Positions 18,585-28,568 of a DNA stretch of 64,000 bases are shown in pieces. This DNA comes from an uncultured Pelagibacteraceae bacterium (GTDB lineage Bacteria; Pseudomonadota; Alphaproteobacteria; Pelagibacterales; Pelagibacteraceae): positions 16,340-80,339 of the forward strand of contig CACGWC010000004.1 in the NCBI GenBank assembly GCA_902576785.1, written 5' to 3'. Each line of letters starts with the position of its first letter. The stretch's first letter is position 1. Position numbers and translations under genes: made by a program. The notes beneath the pieces were generated by a model that saw only the letters and a list, made by a program, of their open reading frames with translations, ran no database searches and was not told the DNA's origin.

Positions 18585-20369
18585 TCAACTAACAAGAGAC
18601 TTTTGAGGTTTCATATCACTCTTGCTTATACCAGCTACTTTAACTGGTTTTTTCATAGCATCTCTTCTAAATGGCTCACCTAATTCTTGATTTAGAATTA
18701 TTTCGATAAATGTAGTAATGCCTTTTTTTTGATCTTCACATGATTGTTTTATAGCTTTAGTGGTTTCTTCCATTGTATTTGCAATAACACCTTTTAAACC
18801 ACATGCATTAGCAACTTTTGCATAACTTAATTCTGGATCTAACTCTGTTCCTACAAAATTGTCATCAAACCACAATATTGAATTTCTTTTTTCAGCACCC
18901 CATTGATAATTTCTAAAAATTACCATTGTTATTGCTGGCCACTCCTCTCTTGCACACGAACTCATTTCATTCATGCTTATTCCAAAAGCTCCATCACCAG
19001 CAAAACCTATAACTGGAGTATCTGGGCATCCAATTTTAGCTCCAAGAATAGACGGAAATCCATAACCACAAGGTCCAAATAAACCTGGTGCCAAATATTT
19101 TCTTGGTTTCTCAAACGTTGGGTAAGCGTTACCAATTGCACAATTATTTCCAATATCACTTGAAATTATAACATCTTCTGGCATCCCAGCTTGAATAGCT
19201 CTCCATGCTTGTCTTGGAGACATTCTATCTTTGTCTCTTTCTCTTGCTTCTTTATTCCAAACAGTTCCCGGATCATCATCCTCATGATCTAAACTTGTAA
19301 GAGTTTGCAACCATGCAGATTTTGTTTGATGAATTAGATTTTTTCTATCTTCTCTACCATTATCCCCAGCATTTGATGAAAGTTTTTCTAATATTTGTTG
19401 AGCTACCATTTTAGCATCACCACAAATACCAACTGTAACTTTCTTAGTTAAACCAATACGATCGGGGTTCATATCTACTTGAATAATTGTTGCATCCTTT
19501 GGCCAGTAATCAATTCCATATCCTGGCAATGTTGAAAATGGATTTAATCTTGTTCCTAACGCTAAAACTACATCAGCTTTTGAAATTAATTCCATTGCAG
19601 CTTTAGATCCGTTGTAACCTAATGGACCAACAGCTAATGGATGGCTTCCTGGAAAGCTATCGTTATGTTGATATCCATTACATACAGGTGCATCAAGCTT
19701 TTCTGCTAATTTTTTACAATCATCTATGGCATCACCTATAACAACTCCTGCTCCAGATAATATTACTGGGAATTTTGCTTCTGATAATAATTTCGCCGCT
19801 CTATCAACAGCATCTTTTCCACCACCTTGTCTTTCAAATCTTACAATTGGAGGTAATTCTATATCTATAACTTGTGTCCAAAAATCTCTTGGTACATTTA
19901 TTTGCGCAGGCGCTGAACCTCTAAATGCTTTTTCTATTACTCTGTTTAAAACTTCTGCCATTCTTGATGGGTCTCTAACTTCTTCTTGGTAACACACCAT
20001 GTCTTTAAATAAATTCATTTGCTCTACTTCTTGAAAACCACCTTGGCCCATAGTTTTGTTTGCAGCTTGAGGTGTAACTAATAATAGTGGAGTGTGATTC
20101 CAATAAGCAGTTTTTATTGGTGTAACAAGTCCTGTTATACCTGGACCATTTTGAGCAATCACCATTGACATTTTTCCAGTTGCTCTCGTGTAACCATCGG
20201 CAATCAATCCACCATTTGTTTCGTGAGCAACGTCCCAAAAAGTTATTCCAGCTTCTGGGAAAAGATCAGAAATAGGCATGAATGCAGAACCAATAATACC
20301 AAACGAATGTTCGATACCATGCATTTGTAAAACTTTTACAAAAGCTTCTTCGGTTGTCATTTTAGCCAT
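18585..20369 (-). CDS. xsc: Sulfoacetaldehyde acetyltransferase
   Basis: MTTEEAFVKVLQMHGI, GIIGSA, AQNGPG, SDIGNN, GDGAFG, QWGAEKRN, LGEPFRRDAM. Confidence 0.95.
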   Translation of the reverse strand: MAKMTTEEAFVKVLQMHGIEHSFGIIGSAFMPISDLFPEAGITFWDVAHETNGGLIADGYTRATGKMSMVIAQNGPGITGLVTPIKTAYWNHTPLLLVTPQAANKTMGQGGFQEVEQMNLFKDMVCYQEEVRDPSRMAEVLNRVIEKAFRGSAPAQINVPRDFWTQVIDIELPPIVRFERQGGGKDAVDRAAKLLSEAKFPVILSGAGVVIGDAIDDCKKLAEKLDAPVCNGYQHNDSFPGSHPLAVGPLGYNGSKAAMELISKADVVLALGTRLNPFSTLPGYGIDYWPKDATIIQVDMNPDRIGLTKKVTVGICGDAKMVAQQILEKLSSNAGDNGREDRKNLIHQTKSAWLQTLTSLDHEDDDPGTVWNKEARERDKDRMSPRQAWRAIQAGMPEDVIISSDIGNNCAIGNAYPTFEKPRKYLAPGLFGPCGYGFPSILGAKIGCPDTPVIGFAGDGAFGISMNEMSSCAREEWPAITMVIFRNYQWGAEKRNSILWFDDNFVGTELDPELSYAKVANACGLKGVIANTMEETTKAIKQSCEDQKKGITTFIEIILNQELGEPFRRDAMKKPVKVAGISKSDMKPQKSLVS

Positions 20370-20459
20370 ATCTAATCCTTCTTAATTCTATTTTTTAATT
20401 GTCAAAGTGCCCAATTCATATATAAATTGGATCGAATTTCAAACAAAGAAATCGTCACA

Positions 20460-20747
20460 ATGGCCGGCACAGATATTATAATCCACGATGAAAAAGACAA
20501 TGTAGGTGTTGTGGTTATTGAAAAAATTACTCCTAAACAAGACTGTGATTGCTGGATTATGGAAAATGATAAATCAGTAAAAATTCAATCGATGGATGAA
20601 ATACCTTTGGGTCATAAAATTGCTATGACCGATCTTAATGAGGGAGATACAATATTAAAGTACGGGCATGATATTGGCAAAGTCGTAAAATCAATTAAAA
20701 AAGGTGAGCATGTACATGTTCACAACGTAAAAACTAAAAAGTGGTAA
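20460..20747 (+). CDS. suyA: (R)-sulfolactate sulfo-lyase alpha subunit (SAF domain)
   Basis: [38 protein letters not shown]; ATG at 20460 preferred over the upstream TTG. Confidence 0.85.
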   Translation: MAGTDIIIHDEKDNVGVVVIEKITPKQDCDCWIMENDKSVKIQSMDEIPLGHKIAMTDLNEGDTILKYGHDIGKVVKSIKKGEHVHVHNVKTKKW

Positions 20748-20748
20748 T

Positions 20749-21915
20749 ATGGAAATTCCAAAAACGTTTTTAGGATATAAAAGAGAAGATGGAAGAACAG
20801 GTACAAGAAATCACGTAATAATTTTACCTGTTGATGATATTTCAAATGCTTGTGCTGAAGCTGTAGCTAATAATATTAAAGGTACGATTGCCCTTCCGCA
20901 TTCTTATGGAAGACTACAATTTGGAGCAGACTTAGAGCTTCATTTTAGAACAATGATTGGAACAGGAAAAAATCCAAATGTTGCAGCAGTTATAGTAATT
21001 GGTATTGAGCCTAAATGGACAAAAAGAATTGTTGATGCAATTGCAACGACTGGAAAACCAGTTGAAGGTTTTAGTATAGAAGGTGTAGGAGATATAGACA
21101 CTATCGCAAGAGTTTCAAAGAAAGCTCAAGAATTTTCAATTTGGGCATCAGAGAAACAAAGAGAAGAACGTCCCATAAGCGACTTATGGATATCTGTTAA
21201 ATGTGGAGAGTCTGATACAACATCAGGATTAGCATCAAATCCTACAGTTGGAAATTTAATGGATAAATTAGAGCCCTTAGGTGTTCATTTGTGTTTTGGT
21301 GAAACATCTGAATTAACGGGTGCTGAAACTGTTTGTGAAAAAAGAGGAAAAACTCCTGAGGCTCAAGAAAAGTTTAGAAAAACGTGGAGTTCTTATAATG
21401 ATTTCATCTTAAAAGAAGCAACAGACGATCTTTCTGAAAGTCAACCAACAGCAGGAAACATAGCTGGTGGGCTTACCACAATTGAAGAAAAAGCATTTGG
21501 AAACTTTCAAAAAATTGGGGGATGTAAATTTATTGACGTACTAGAACCAGCAGAGGAACCAACTAAAGGTCCAGGCTTATACTTTATGGATACCTCATCA
21601 GCTGCTGCTGAATGTGTTACTTTACAAGCTGCAGGAGGATTTAATCTTCACCTATTTCCAACTGGGCAAGGAAATATAATTGGAAACCCAATTGAACCAG
21701 TAGTAAAACTAACTGCTAATCCTTTGACTGCTAGAACTATGAGTGAGCATATTGATGTTGATGTTTCTAAAATTTTATCAAGAGAAATGAATCTAGACGA
21801 AGCTGGTGATGAATTAATTAAAGCAACGATAAGAGTTGCAAACGGAAGATTAACTTGTGCTGAAGCACTAGGTCATAAAGAATTTGTTATGACTAAATTA
21901 TACAGAAGTGCTTAA
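20749..21915 (+). CDS. suyB: (R)-sulfolactate sulfo-lyase beta subunit (UxaA family)
   Basis: [56 protein letters not shown]; sulfonate context. Confidence 0.88.
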   Translation: MEIPKTFLGYKREDGRTGTRNHVIILPVDDISNACAEAVANNIKGTIALPHSYGRLQFGADLELHFRTMIGTGKNPNVAAVIVIGIEPKWTKRIVDAIATTGKPVEGFSIEGVGDIDTIARVSKKAQEFSIWASEKQREERPISDLWISVKCGESDTTSGLASNPTVGNLMDKLEPLGVHLCFGETSELTGAETVCEKRGKTPEAQEKFRKTWSSYNDFILKEATDDLSESQPTAGNIAGGLTTIEEKAFGNFQKIGGCKFIDVLEPAEEPTKGPGLYFMDTSSAAAECVTLQAAGGFNLHLFPTGQGNIIGNPIEPVVKLTANPLTARTMSEHIDVDVSKILSREMNLDEAGDELIKATIRVANGRLTCAEALGHKEFVMTKLYRSA

Positions 21916-22997
21916 GCTTTAAGCTTAGCTTCTCTTGCTTTATTCCACTTAGAAATATAATTTCTTAAAACTGCAGCTCCAATTCCAAGAACTACTGCTA
22001 ATACAACTGATGTAAGTCCATAAAAAACTGGAAGGTCTTTAGAATAGTCTAAAATAAACTGTGCAATGTTTCCAAGGTTTTTAGTTCCATTTGCAACTGT
22101 TTCAACGATTACATCTTCTTTAATAAAAGTGTCATAAGCAATTGCAATTCCAACTAATAATAAAAGTACTGCTAAGATTGTTTTAAATTCTGAGCTATCA
22201 ACTTTTTCACCAATTTTTTGACCAAACTGGACACCAACAATTGAGCCAAGTATAAGTACAAAAACTAAAACAAGATCAATTGTTCCATAATTAAAAGCAT
22301 GAAGAACAGTTACGATTGCACTTACAAATATTGTAACAAACAAAGATGTTCCAGGAATTAGTTTGGTTGGCATTCCAATAATATAAATCATTGCAGGAAC
22401 CAATATAAATGCACCACCTACTCCCATAATTGCAGCGATATATCCTACAATTAAACCGATAATAATTGGAGTAAATGCGCTTTCATAAACCTTTGATTTT
22501 TTAAAACGCATTCGAAAAGGTAGTCCATGTATCCAATAATGAGTATGTAATTTTTTTCTAACAACAATTTTTTTTCTAGCCTTATCAATTTCAGATACTC
22601 CTTGAATAAGCATTAAAGTTCCAAGTATAGCTAAGATATACATGTAGGCTAAAGAGATAACGATGTTTATTTTTCCAATATCCTGAAAATAAGAAAAAGT
22701 TAGGATCCCTAGTAAGGTTCCAATGGTTCCTCCAACCACTATCATCAATCCCATTTTATAATCTAATGTTCCTTTTAAGTAATGGGTGGTTGAACCAGAT
22801 ACAGAAGTACCTAAAATATTGCTTGCTTCATTTGGCACTGCATAAGCTGGTGGAATACCTAAAAAAATTAAAAATGGTGTCATTAAAAATCCCCCACCTA
22901 CACCAAACAATCCTGAAAGAATACCAACTGCTAAACTTAAACCGAATATAAAGAGTATGTTAATTTCTACTTGAGCTATTGGAAGAAAATATTCCAT
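21912..22997 (-). CDS. Sulfite exporter TauE/SafE family
   Basis: [30 protein letters not shown]. Confidence 0.88.
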   Translation of the reverse strand: MEYFLPIAQVEINILFIFGLSLAVGILSGLFGVGGGFLMTPFLIFLGIPPAYAVPNEASNILGTSVSGSTTHYLKGTLDYKMGLMIVVGGTIGTLLGILTFSYFQDIGKINIVISLAYMYILAILGTLMLIQGVSEIDKARKKIVVRKKLHTHYWIHGLPFRMRFKKSKVYESAFTPIIIGLIVGYIAAIMGVGGAFILVPAMIYIIGMPTKLIPGTSLFVTIFVSAIVTVLHAFNYGTIDLVLVFVLILGSIVGVQFGQKIGEKVDSSEFKTILAVLLLLVGIAIAYDTFIKEDVIVETVANGTKNLGNIAQFILDYSKDLPVFYGLTSVVLAVVLGIGAAVLRNYISKWNKAREAKLKA

Positions 22998-23048
22998 ATA
23001 ATCTAACTATTCCTCTCATAATCTAAAGTCAATGATTATAAGAATAAA

Positions 23049-23195
23049 TTAAATAAAATTTTGAAATGTTCCTAGGATTATAATTGCCCAAGTAAAAAAT
23101 ATAAAAAGATATAGAAAAGATTTAATTATTTTTGAAAGCTGATTTGAAACTAATAAAGGGATTTTCTTAATATTTTGATTAAAAGCTTGAAGCAT
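23049..23195 (-). CDS. Possible small single-TM protein (48 aa)
   Basis: Hand translation MLQAFNQNIKKIPLLVSNQLSKIIKSFLYLFIFFTWAIIILGTFQNFI. Confidence 0.35.
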   Translation of the reverse strand: MLQAFNQNIKKIPLLVSNQLSKIIKSFLYLFIFFTWAIIILGTFQNFI

Positions 23196-23246
23196 ACCCG
23201 CGAAATACCACAAGTTTTATTAAATGCAAATAATATTTAATTAAAT

Positions 23247-23597
23247 TTAAAAAATAGTTGCCCCGAAGACTTTGACCTCATCTCCCTCTTCTCCAAGGAC
23301 AAGTCGACCTAAAAAGTCTCCTGGTATCTCTGTACTGTTTTGTTTATAGATAACAGTTACGTACAAGCCTCTTCTTAGACAGCCTATAGCCTTACACCCC
23401 TCTTTAAGGCTTGAGATTAACTTATTGCTTGCCCATTGCTTGCCTAGCTCTACTTCGTTGGCCCCGTAAAGCATTTGTGATGATAAATCCCTGGTAAAAC
23501 CACCATAATCTTTCATGTTGGAACATCTAACCATGTTATCCCAGATAGGATCAGCAATTTTAATGATTTCTTCGTCTGATTTGTCGACAATACTCAT
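23247..23597 (-). CDS. Hypothetical protein directly downstream of aprA
   Basis: 116-aa ORF starting 9 bp after the aprA stop. Confidence 0.7.
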   Translation of the reverse strand: MSIVDKSDEEIIKIADPIWDNMVRCSNMKDYGGFTRDLSSQMLYGANEVELGKQWASNKLISSLKEGCKAIGCLRRGLYVTVIYKQNSTEIPGDFLGRLVLGEEGDEVKVFGATIF

Positions 23598-23606
23598 CTA
23601 AAATGG

Positions 23607-25466
23607 TTAGGAAGCTTGCTTCTTCTCTTTATCATCAACGATATGATAAACAGGCTTTTTCTCCATTTCAAATTTTCCAGTTTCAGGATCTCTTCTAGAA
23701 ACAGTTAAACAATGCCAGTTTTCATCATCAAGTTTCATATGATCACCTCTATAATAATAGCCTGGCCAACGCGTTTCTTCTCTAAATAAAGTATGATGAG
23801 CAACACATTCTGATGTTACAGCTCTATGCTTAAGTTCCCATGCTCTCATCAATTGGTGATAATCTTCAGCTCCTACATGATCTAAGTCTTCTTGAAGTAA
23901 TTGTAGCTGTTCTAAGCCTTTTTTAAGTAGATTATCATTTGTCATGTAATTATTTGTTAATCCACCACAATATTCATCCATAATTTTTTGTAGTCTTTGT
24001 AGTCCTTGTATAGGTAAAATATAGCTTGGAGAAACAGTTCCTCCAGTAATTTCATTTCTGCCAACTGTATAATTTTCAATTGGCTTAAATATTTCTTCTT
24101 TAAGCTTCTCTAATTGTGCATCAGAAACTTCGATATCATCAGCTTTTTTATCTTGAATATATTTAACAGCAGCTTTAGACGCTAACCTTCCTTCTGTGAA
24201 TGAACCAGATGAAAACTTATGAGCACTTCCACCAACTGCATCTCCTGCTCCAAATAATCCATCGATAGTCATCATTCTATTGTATCCCCAGAAATATTCA
24301 TCAGGCGCTATATCTTCTGGTCCACTGACCCATGCTCCTGAACATGTAGCATGAGATCCCATTACATATGGTTCTGAAGTTGTTAATTCAGGATTTGTGT
24401 ATTTTGGATCAATATTTTGAGATGCCCAAACTACCGCTTGTCCAACCGTCATTCCTAAGAAATTTTCCCATCCAACTGTTTCTAAGTGTGGGTCTTGGAA
24501 TGCTTCTTTTGTAACCATGTGAATTGGTCCACCACCTGCAGCTGTTTCTTGAATAAATGCGTGATTTCTTAAACAAGTTGGTGTTGGATGATGGTCTATA
24601 TATTCTCCTACTAATTCTTTAGTAGCTTCATACCATTTCTTTTCATAGTTCTCACCATTAGCATTTTGAGTATATGTTTTTAAATGAAGGAAATATGCTC
24701 CAACTGGACCATAACCATCCTTAAATCTACAAAGTACAATTCTATTTTCCATTTGAGTCATTTTTGCACCTGCTTGAATAGGTAATGCATAAGCAGATCC
24801 ATTACTCCAAGGTGCATACCATGTTCTACCCATACCTTCACCAACTGCTCTTGGTTTAAATATGTGCGATGCTCCTCCAGCAGAAACAACTACTGTTCTA
24901 GATTTAAATACGTGAAAATTTCCAGTTCTTACATTAAAGCCAACTGCACCAGCTATTCGATTTGGATTTTTTTCATCTTTTAAAAGATGAGTAATCATTA
25001 TTCTGTTATAAATTTTATCTGCAGATTTTTTTGCAGCTTCAGCTACAATTGGTTTGTAACTTTCGCCGTGTATCATTATTTGCCACTTACCTTCTCTTTG
25101 ATATCTTCCAGTTTCTTTGTTTTTCATCATTGGAAGACCCCATTCATCAAACATGTGAACAGTTGAGTCTACATGACGTGCCATGTCATAACCTAAATCT
25201 TCTCTAACAAGACCCATCAAGTCATTTCTAGCGTACCGTACATGGTCCTCTGGCATGTTCTCGCCCCACTGCATTCCCATATAACAGTTAATAGCGTAAA
25301 GACCTTGTGCAACGGCACCACTTCTATCTATATTTGCTTTTTCAACACAGATTATTTTTAAATCTCTTCCCCAGTGTCTTGCTTCAAAGGTAGCCCCTGT
25401 TCCAGCCATACCTCCACCGACAACTAGTACGTCACATTCTTCTATGATAGTTTTGTGCTTAGCCAT
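23607..25466 (-). CDS. aprA: Adenylylsulfate reductase alpha subunit
   Basis: GGGMAGTG, RSGAVAQGL.AIN, GKWQIMIHGESYK, RFKDGYGPVGA, HKFSSGS, EETRWPGYY. Confidence 0.97.
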   Translation of the reverse strand: MAKHKTIIEECDVLVVGGGMAGTGATFEARHWGRDLKIICVEKANIDRSGAVAQGLYAINCYMGMQWGENMPEDHVRYARNDLMGLVREDLGYDMARHVDSTVHMFDEWGLPMMKNKETGRYQREGKWQIMIHGESYKPIVAEAAKKSADKIYNRIMITHLLKDEKNPNRIAGAVGFNVRTGNFHVFKSRTVVVSAGGASHIFKPRAVGEGMGRTWYAPWSNGSAYALPIQAGAKMTQMENRIVLCRFKDGYGPVGAYFLHLKTYTQNANGENYEKKWYEATKELVGEYIDHHPTPTCLRNHAFIQETAAGGGPIHMVTKEAFQDPHLETVGWENFLGMTVGQAVVWASQNIDPKYTNPELTTSEPYVMGSHATCSGAWVSGPEDIAPDEYFWGYNRMMTIDGLFGAGDAVGGSAHKFSSGSFTEGRLASKAAVKYIQDKKADDIEVSDAQLEKLKEEIFKPIENYTVGRNEITGGTVSPSYILPIQGLQRLQKIMDEYCGGLTNNYMTNDNLLKKGLEQLQLLQEDLDHVGAEDYHQLMRAWELKHRAVTSECVAHHTLFREETRWPGYYYRGDHMKLDDENWHCLTVSRRDPETGKFEMEKKPVYHIVDDKEKKQAS

Positions 25467-25936
25467 TAATAATAAACGCCTTGCTTAAATGAATTCTTAT
25501 CTAAAGTTGGTAAATCTTTTTCAGTATTTAAACCATGTGGCTCATTATATAAAATTTGAGAATTAATCTCTCCTTGATTGGGAGTATCAGCTTCAGCTAA
25601 TTTTGGTATGAATTTTCCCCAAGGTTTTGTTGTTATTGGTGATACAAAATTCTTCTCTGTACCATTTCTAAATTTAATTCTCCAAGAGATGGTTCCTTTC
25701 TCTTCTTCTCTTCTTACTCTAACACTATGACCCATTGGGGCAAAGTCAGCATAGCCTCTTACATCAATTGCATGATTAGGACATGCCTTAACACATGAGT
25801 AGCATTCCCAGCAAAAATTTGGTTCTATATTTTTTGCTCTTCTAATAGTTTCGTCTATGTGCATGATATCTGATGGACATATATCTACACAATGACCACA
25901 ACCATCACATCTTGTCATGTATACAAAAGTTGACAT
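25466..25936 (-). CDS. aprB: Adenylylsulfate reductase beta subunit
   Basis: CDGCGHCVDICP and CWECYSCVKACP [4Fe-4S] motifs; RGYADF. Confidence 0.97.
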   Translation of the reverse strand: MSTFVYMTRCDGCGHCVDICPSDIMHIDETIRRAKNIEPNFCWECYSCVKACPNHAIDVRGYADFAPMGHSVRVRREEEKGTISWRIKFRNGTEKNFVSPITTKPWGKFIPKLAEADTPNQGEINSQILYNEPHGLNTEKDLPTLDKNSFKQGVYY

Positions 25937-25975
25937 ATCTACTTATTACCTTTCTTTAAAATTTTATCAATCATA

Positions 25976-26770
25976 TTAATAGTGCTTTGGTGCCTCACGT
26001 TTAATTCCAAGTCCAAATTGTTCTGGAGCGTCTGCAGGTGGAGGTAAATTATCTCTAGATCCATCTGCTTCTGCTAAATTTTTTTGGATTGCAGCACCTG
26101 GTTTGTAGAACATATGTGCAAATTTAGACCAGTAAACTCCTCCAAATAAAACTATGTTAGCAACCGCAAACAAAATTAAAAATAAAATACTTAAACCAGT
26201 AGATCCTGAATATTGGAAATAAGACCAAGCTAAACCAAACGTAGAAGATAATACTAAAGCTAAAACAAATAAATCTGCTTTTATGATTCTAAAAACTGAG
26301 TGAGCTTCAGCAGATACATCTACTCTTAAAAAAAACCAAAACCAATATGCTCCAAGGCAAGTTAAAATTGCACCAGCATGCCAAATGATTGGCCATATAG
26401 ATGGGGTTACAGCATTAGGAGAAGAATATCCAAATATCATAACACCTGACCCGATCCAAAATAATATCGTTCCATACATTCCTAATACATGCGCAAATCT
26501 TCTTTTGCCCAAACCTAATTCAGATGTAGTTCCAATATCATGTACTACTGTTTTAGAAATTATTGCTGTTTTCTCTCCAAGACTTAATTCTCTACTTGCT
26601 GCTTTTTTTGCTTTTTTAGCATTATTAAAAAAATATTTTACATTCTTCTTATGAATAATATCCATCAGTGTTCCAATCACTACCAATGCTAACATCAACA
26701 AAACAAATGCTTGCAAAGCAATTGAAGGAACTGTTGAGGAAAGGACAGCAAATGGATTTGTTGTGAACAT
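25976..26770 (-). CDS. aprM: APS reductase membrane anchor
   Basis: Multi-TM, D..HKK..KYFF, RR.AHVL.MYG, WSKFAHMFYKP; directly upstream of aprB. Confidence 0.9.
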   Translation of the reverse strand: MFTTNPFAVLSSTVPSIALQAFVLLMLALVVIGTLMDIIHKKNVKYFFNNAKKAKKAASRELSLGEKTAIISKTVVHDIGTTSELGLGKRRFAHVLGMYGTILFWIGSGVMIFGYSSPNAVTPSIWPIIWHAGAILTCLGAYWFWFFLRVDVSAEAHSVFRIIKADLFVLALVLSSTFGLAWSYFQYSGSTGLSILFLILFAVANIVLFGGVYWSKFAHMFYKPGAAIQKNLAEADGSRDNLPPPADAPEQFGLGIKREAPKHY

Positions 26771-26876
26771 GTTATTATCTCCGCTAAATATAATACTAAT
26801 CTAATCTCATAATCTATAAAAAATATTAGTTCAACTGACTAATAATCTCATCTGATGAAAAAAATGTTAATAAAGT

Positions 26877-27275
26877 TTACTTTTTCCTTACATAATGCTG
26901 TTTAGCAGAAATTACAGCTCGAACACCACCTTGAGGATTTTTAACATCATTTTTTCGTCTTGGAATCAGATGAATATGACAATGATTAATAGATTGTCCA
27001 GCAACCTTTCCTGAATTGGTACCAATATTAAAACCTTTTACAGATTTATCGTTCATTTCAATTTTTTTTTTAAGTTTCTTTATTAATTTATTGCACGCTA
27101 AGATTTCCTTTGAGGTCAGATCAAAATAATTTTTGACACACCGCTTTGGAATTATAAGTGAATGAAATTTTGATACAGGGTAAGTGTCAGTAGTTGCATA
27201 GGCTAGTTCGTTTTCAAAAAGATATTCCTTTTTCTTTGTAAAACAGAATATGCAAGGATTATTAGGATTTCTCAT
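26877..27275 (-). CDS. HIT family nucleotide hydrolase/transferase
   Basis: CIFC, YPVS..HSLIIPKR, GFNIG.N.G..AGQS, HCHIHLIPR. Confidence 0.92.
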   Translation of the reverse strand: MRNPNNPCIFCFTKKKEYLFENELAYATTDTYPVSKFHSLIIPKRCVKNYFDLTSKEILACNKLIKKLKKKIEMNDKSVKGFNIGTNSGKVAGQSINHCHIHLIPRRKNDVKNPQGGVRAVISAKQHYVRKK

Positions 27276-28048
27276 AAATAATTACTCAATTTTTTTTGTT
27301 TTAGTATTTTAGTTTGATATTTACTTACAAAAATTTCATAGGATTTATATTTTTTTCTATTCCAGTTTTTCTCTTTTATAGATGAAACAGTAGAAACTCC
27401 CTTTCCAGATCCAATTAGAAGTATCTCCTCGTATTGATTTAATTTATTTATATTAATATTAGTTTTTATTATCTTAAATTGCTTTTCAAAAAACTTTAGA
27501 TTAACTCCTCGATAAAATTTCTTGATAGGTGAATAGTATTTATTATCTTTTATAAAAATAATATTTGAAGTTCCTGTTTCTAAAATTTTTCCATTTGAGC
27601 AAAGAGCAATATCGGATTTTGTATTATCCATTTTAGATAAATTTTTTAAAATAAATTTATACTTTAGATTTTTATGTTCAGGTTTAATTCTATTGTAATT
27701 GACTAACTTTAACTTAAGATTTTTTTTAATTTTTAATTTATCTCGTAAAGATATAGAAATTAAACTTTTGGTTACTGCAATTCTCAATAAATGATTATAA
27801 TTTTTTTGTTTATTTAAATTTGATTTAATTATTTTAAATATATTTCTTTTTAAATTTCGATCATAAATTTTATAATTTTTAGTAGACTTAATGAGATTTG
27901 CTATGTGTTCTTTAAAAAATAAAATTTTTTGAGGCTTTCCATAGATCCACATAGTTGTGAAAACCCCGTGGGCATTCCATAGATCTTTAAATTCTTTTTC
28001 TTTAAGATCTTTTCGATTGTAAGATTTTTTTAATAAGAATTTTACCAT
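27272..28048 (-). CDS. pabC: Aminotransferase class IV (PabC-like aminodeoxychorismate lyase)
   Basis: GVFTT, HKNLKY, ILETGTSNI, GSGKGV; adjacent to pabAB. Confidence 0.7.
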   Translation of the reverse strand: MVKFLLKKSYNRKDLKEKEFKDLWNAHGVFTTMWIYGKPQKILFFKEHIANLIKSTKNYKIYDRNLKRNIFKIIKSNLNKQKNYNHLLRIAVTKSLISISLRDKLKIKKNLKLKLVNYNRIKPEHKNLKYKFILKNLSKMDNTKSDIALCSNGKILETGTSNIIFIKDNKYYSPIKKFYRGVNLKFFEKQFKIIKTNININKLNQYEEILLIGSGKGVSTVSSIKEKNWNRKKYKSYEIFVSKYQTKILKQKKLSNYL

Positions 28049-28568
28049 TTGTTGTTAAAAAAGATTCTGGATGAAATTGAAAACCATATACATCATCTCT
28101 TTTGTTTTCAAAAGCCATAGCAATATTAGTTTTAGCGCATCTCATAGTAATATCAAAATTTTCTTTAATAAATGGCTCTTGAAGCTTAAGTGAATGATAT
28201 CTTCCAACTTTAAATTTAGAATTCTTTCTAAAGATGGATTTATTTGAAACAACTTTTACTTCAGATTGATAACCATGAAATATTCTCCTTTGTTGAATAA
28301 TTTTGGCATTTTCACAATGTAATATTTGCTGATACCCCAAGCAGATTCCTATTATTTTTTTTCTTCCTTTAAATTTATTATAAATTTTTGATGTATTGGG
28401 GTAATCTTTGGGTGAACCAGGTCCAGGGGATAATACAATTGTATTAGATTTATTTAACAAACTGTTATTTATTTCAAAATAATTTGAACAATAAACTTTA
28501 TCAAACTGAGAAAATTGATGAACTACATTCCATGTAAATGAATCCTGGTGATCAATTATATAAATCAT
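28002..28568 (-). CDS. pabA: Aminodeoxychorismate/anthranilate synthase component II (glutamine amidotransferase)
   Basis: DSFT.N, LSPGPGSP, GICLG.Q, RYHSL, QFHPES. Confidence 0.85.
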   Translation of the reverse strand: MIYIIDHQDSFTWNVVHQFSQFDKVYCSNYFEINNSLLNKSNTIVLSPGPGSPKDYPNTSKIYNKFKGRKKIIGICLGYQQILHCENAKIIQQRRIFHGYQSEVKVVSNKSIFRKNSKFKVGRYHSLKLQEPFIKENFDITMRCAKTNIAMAFENKRDDVYGFQFHPESFLTTNGKILIKKILQSKRS

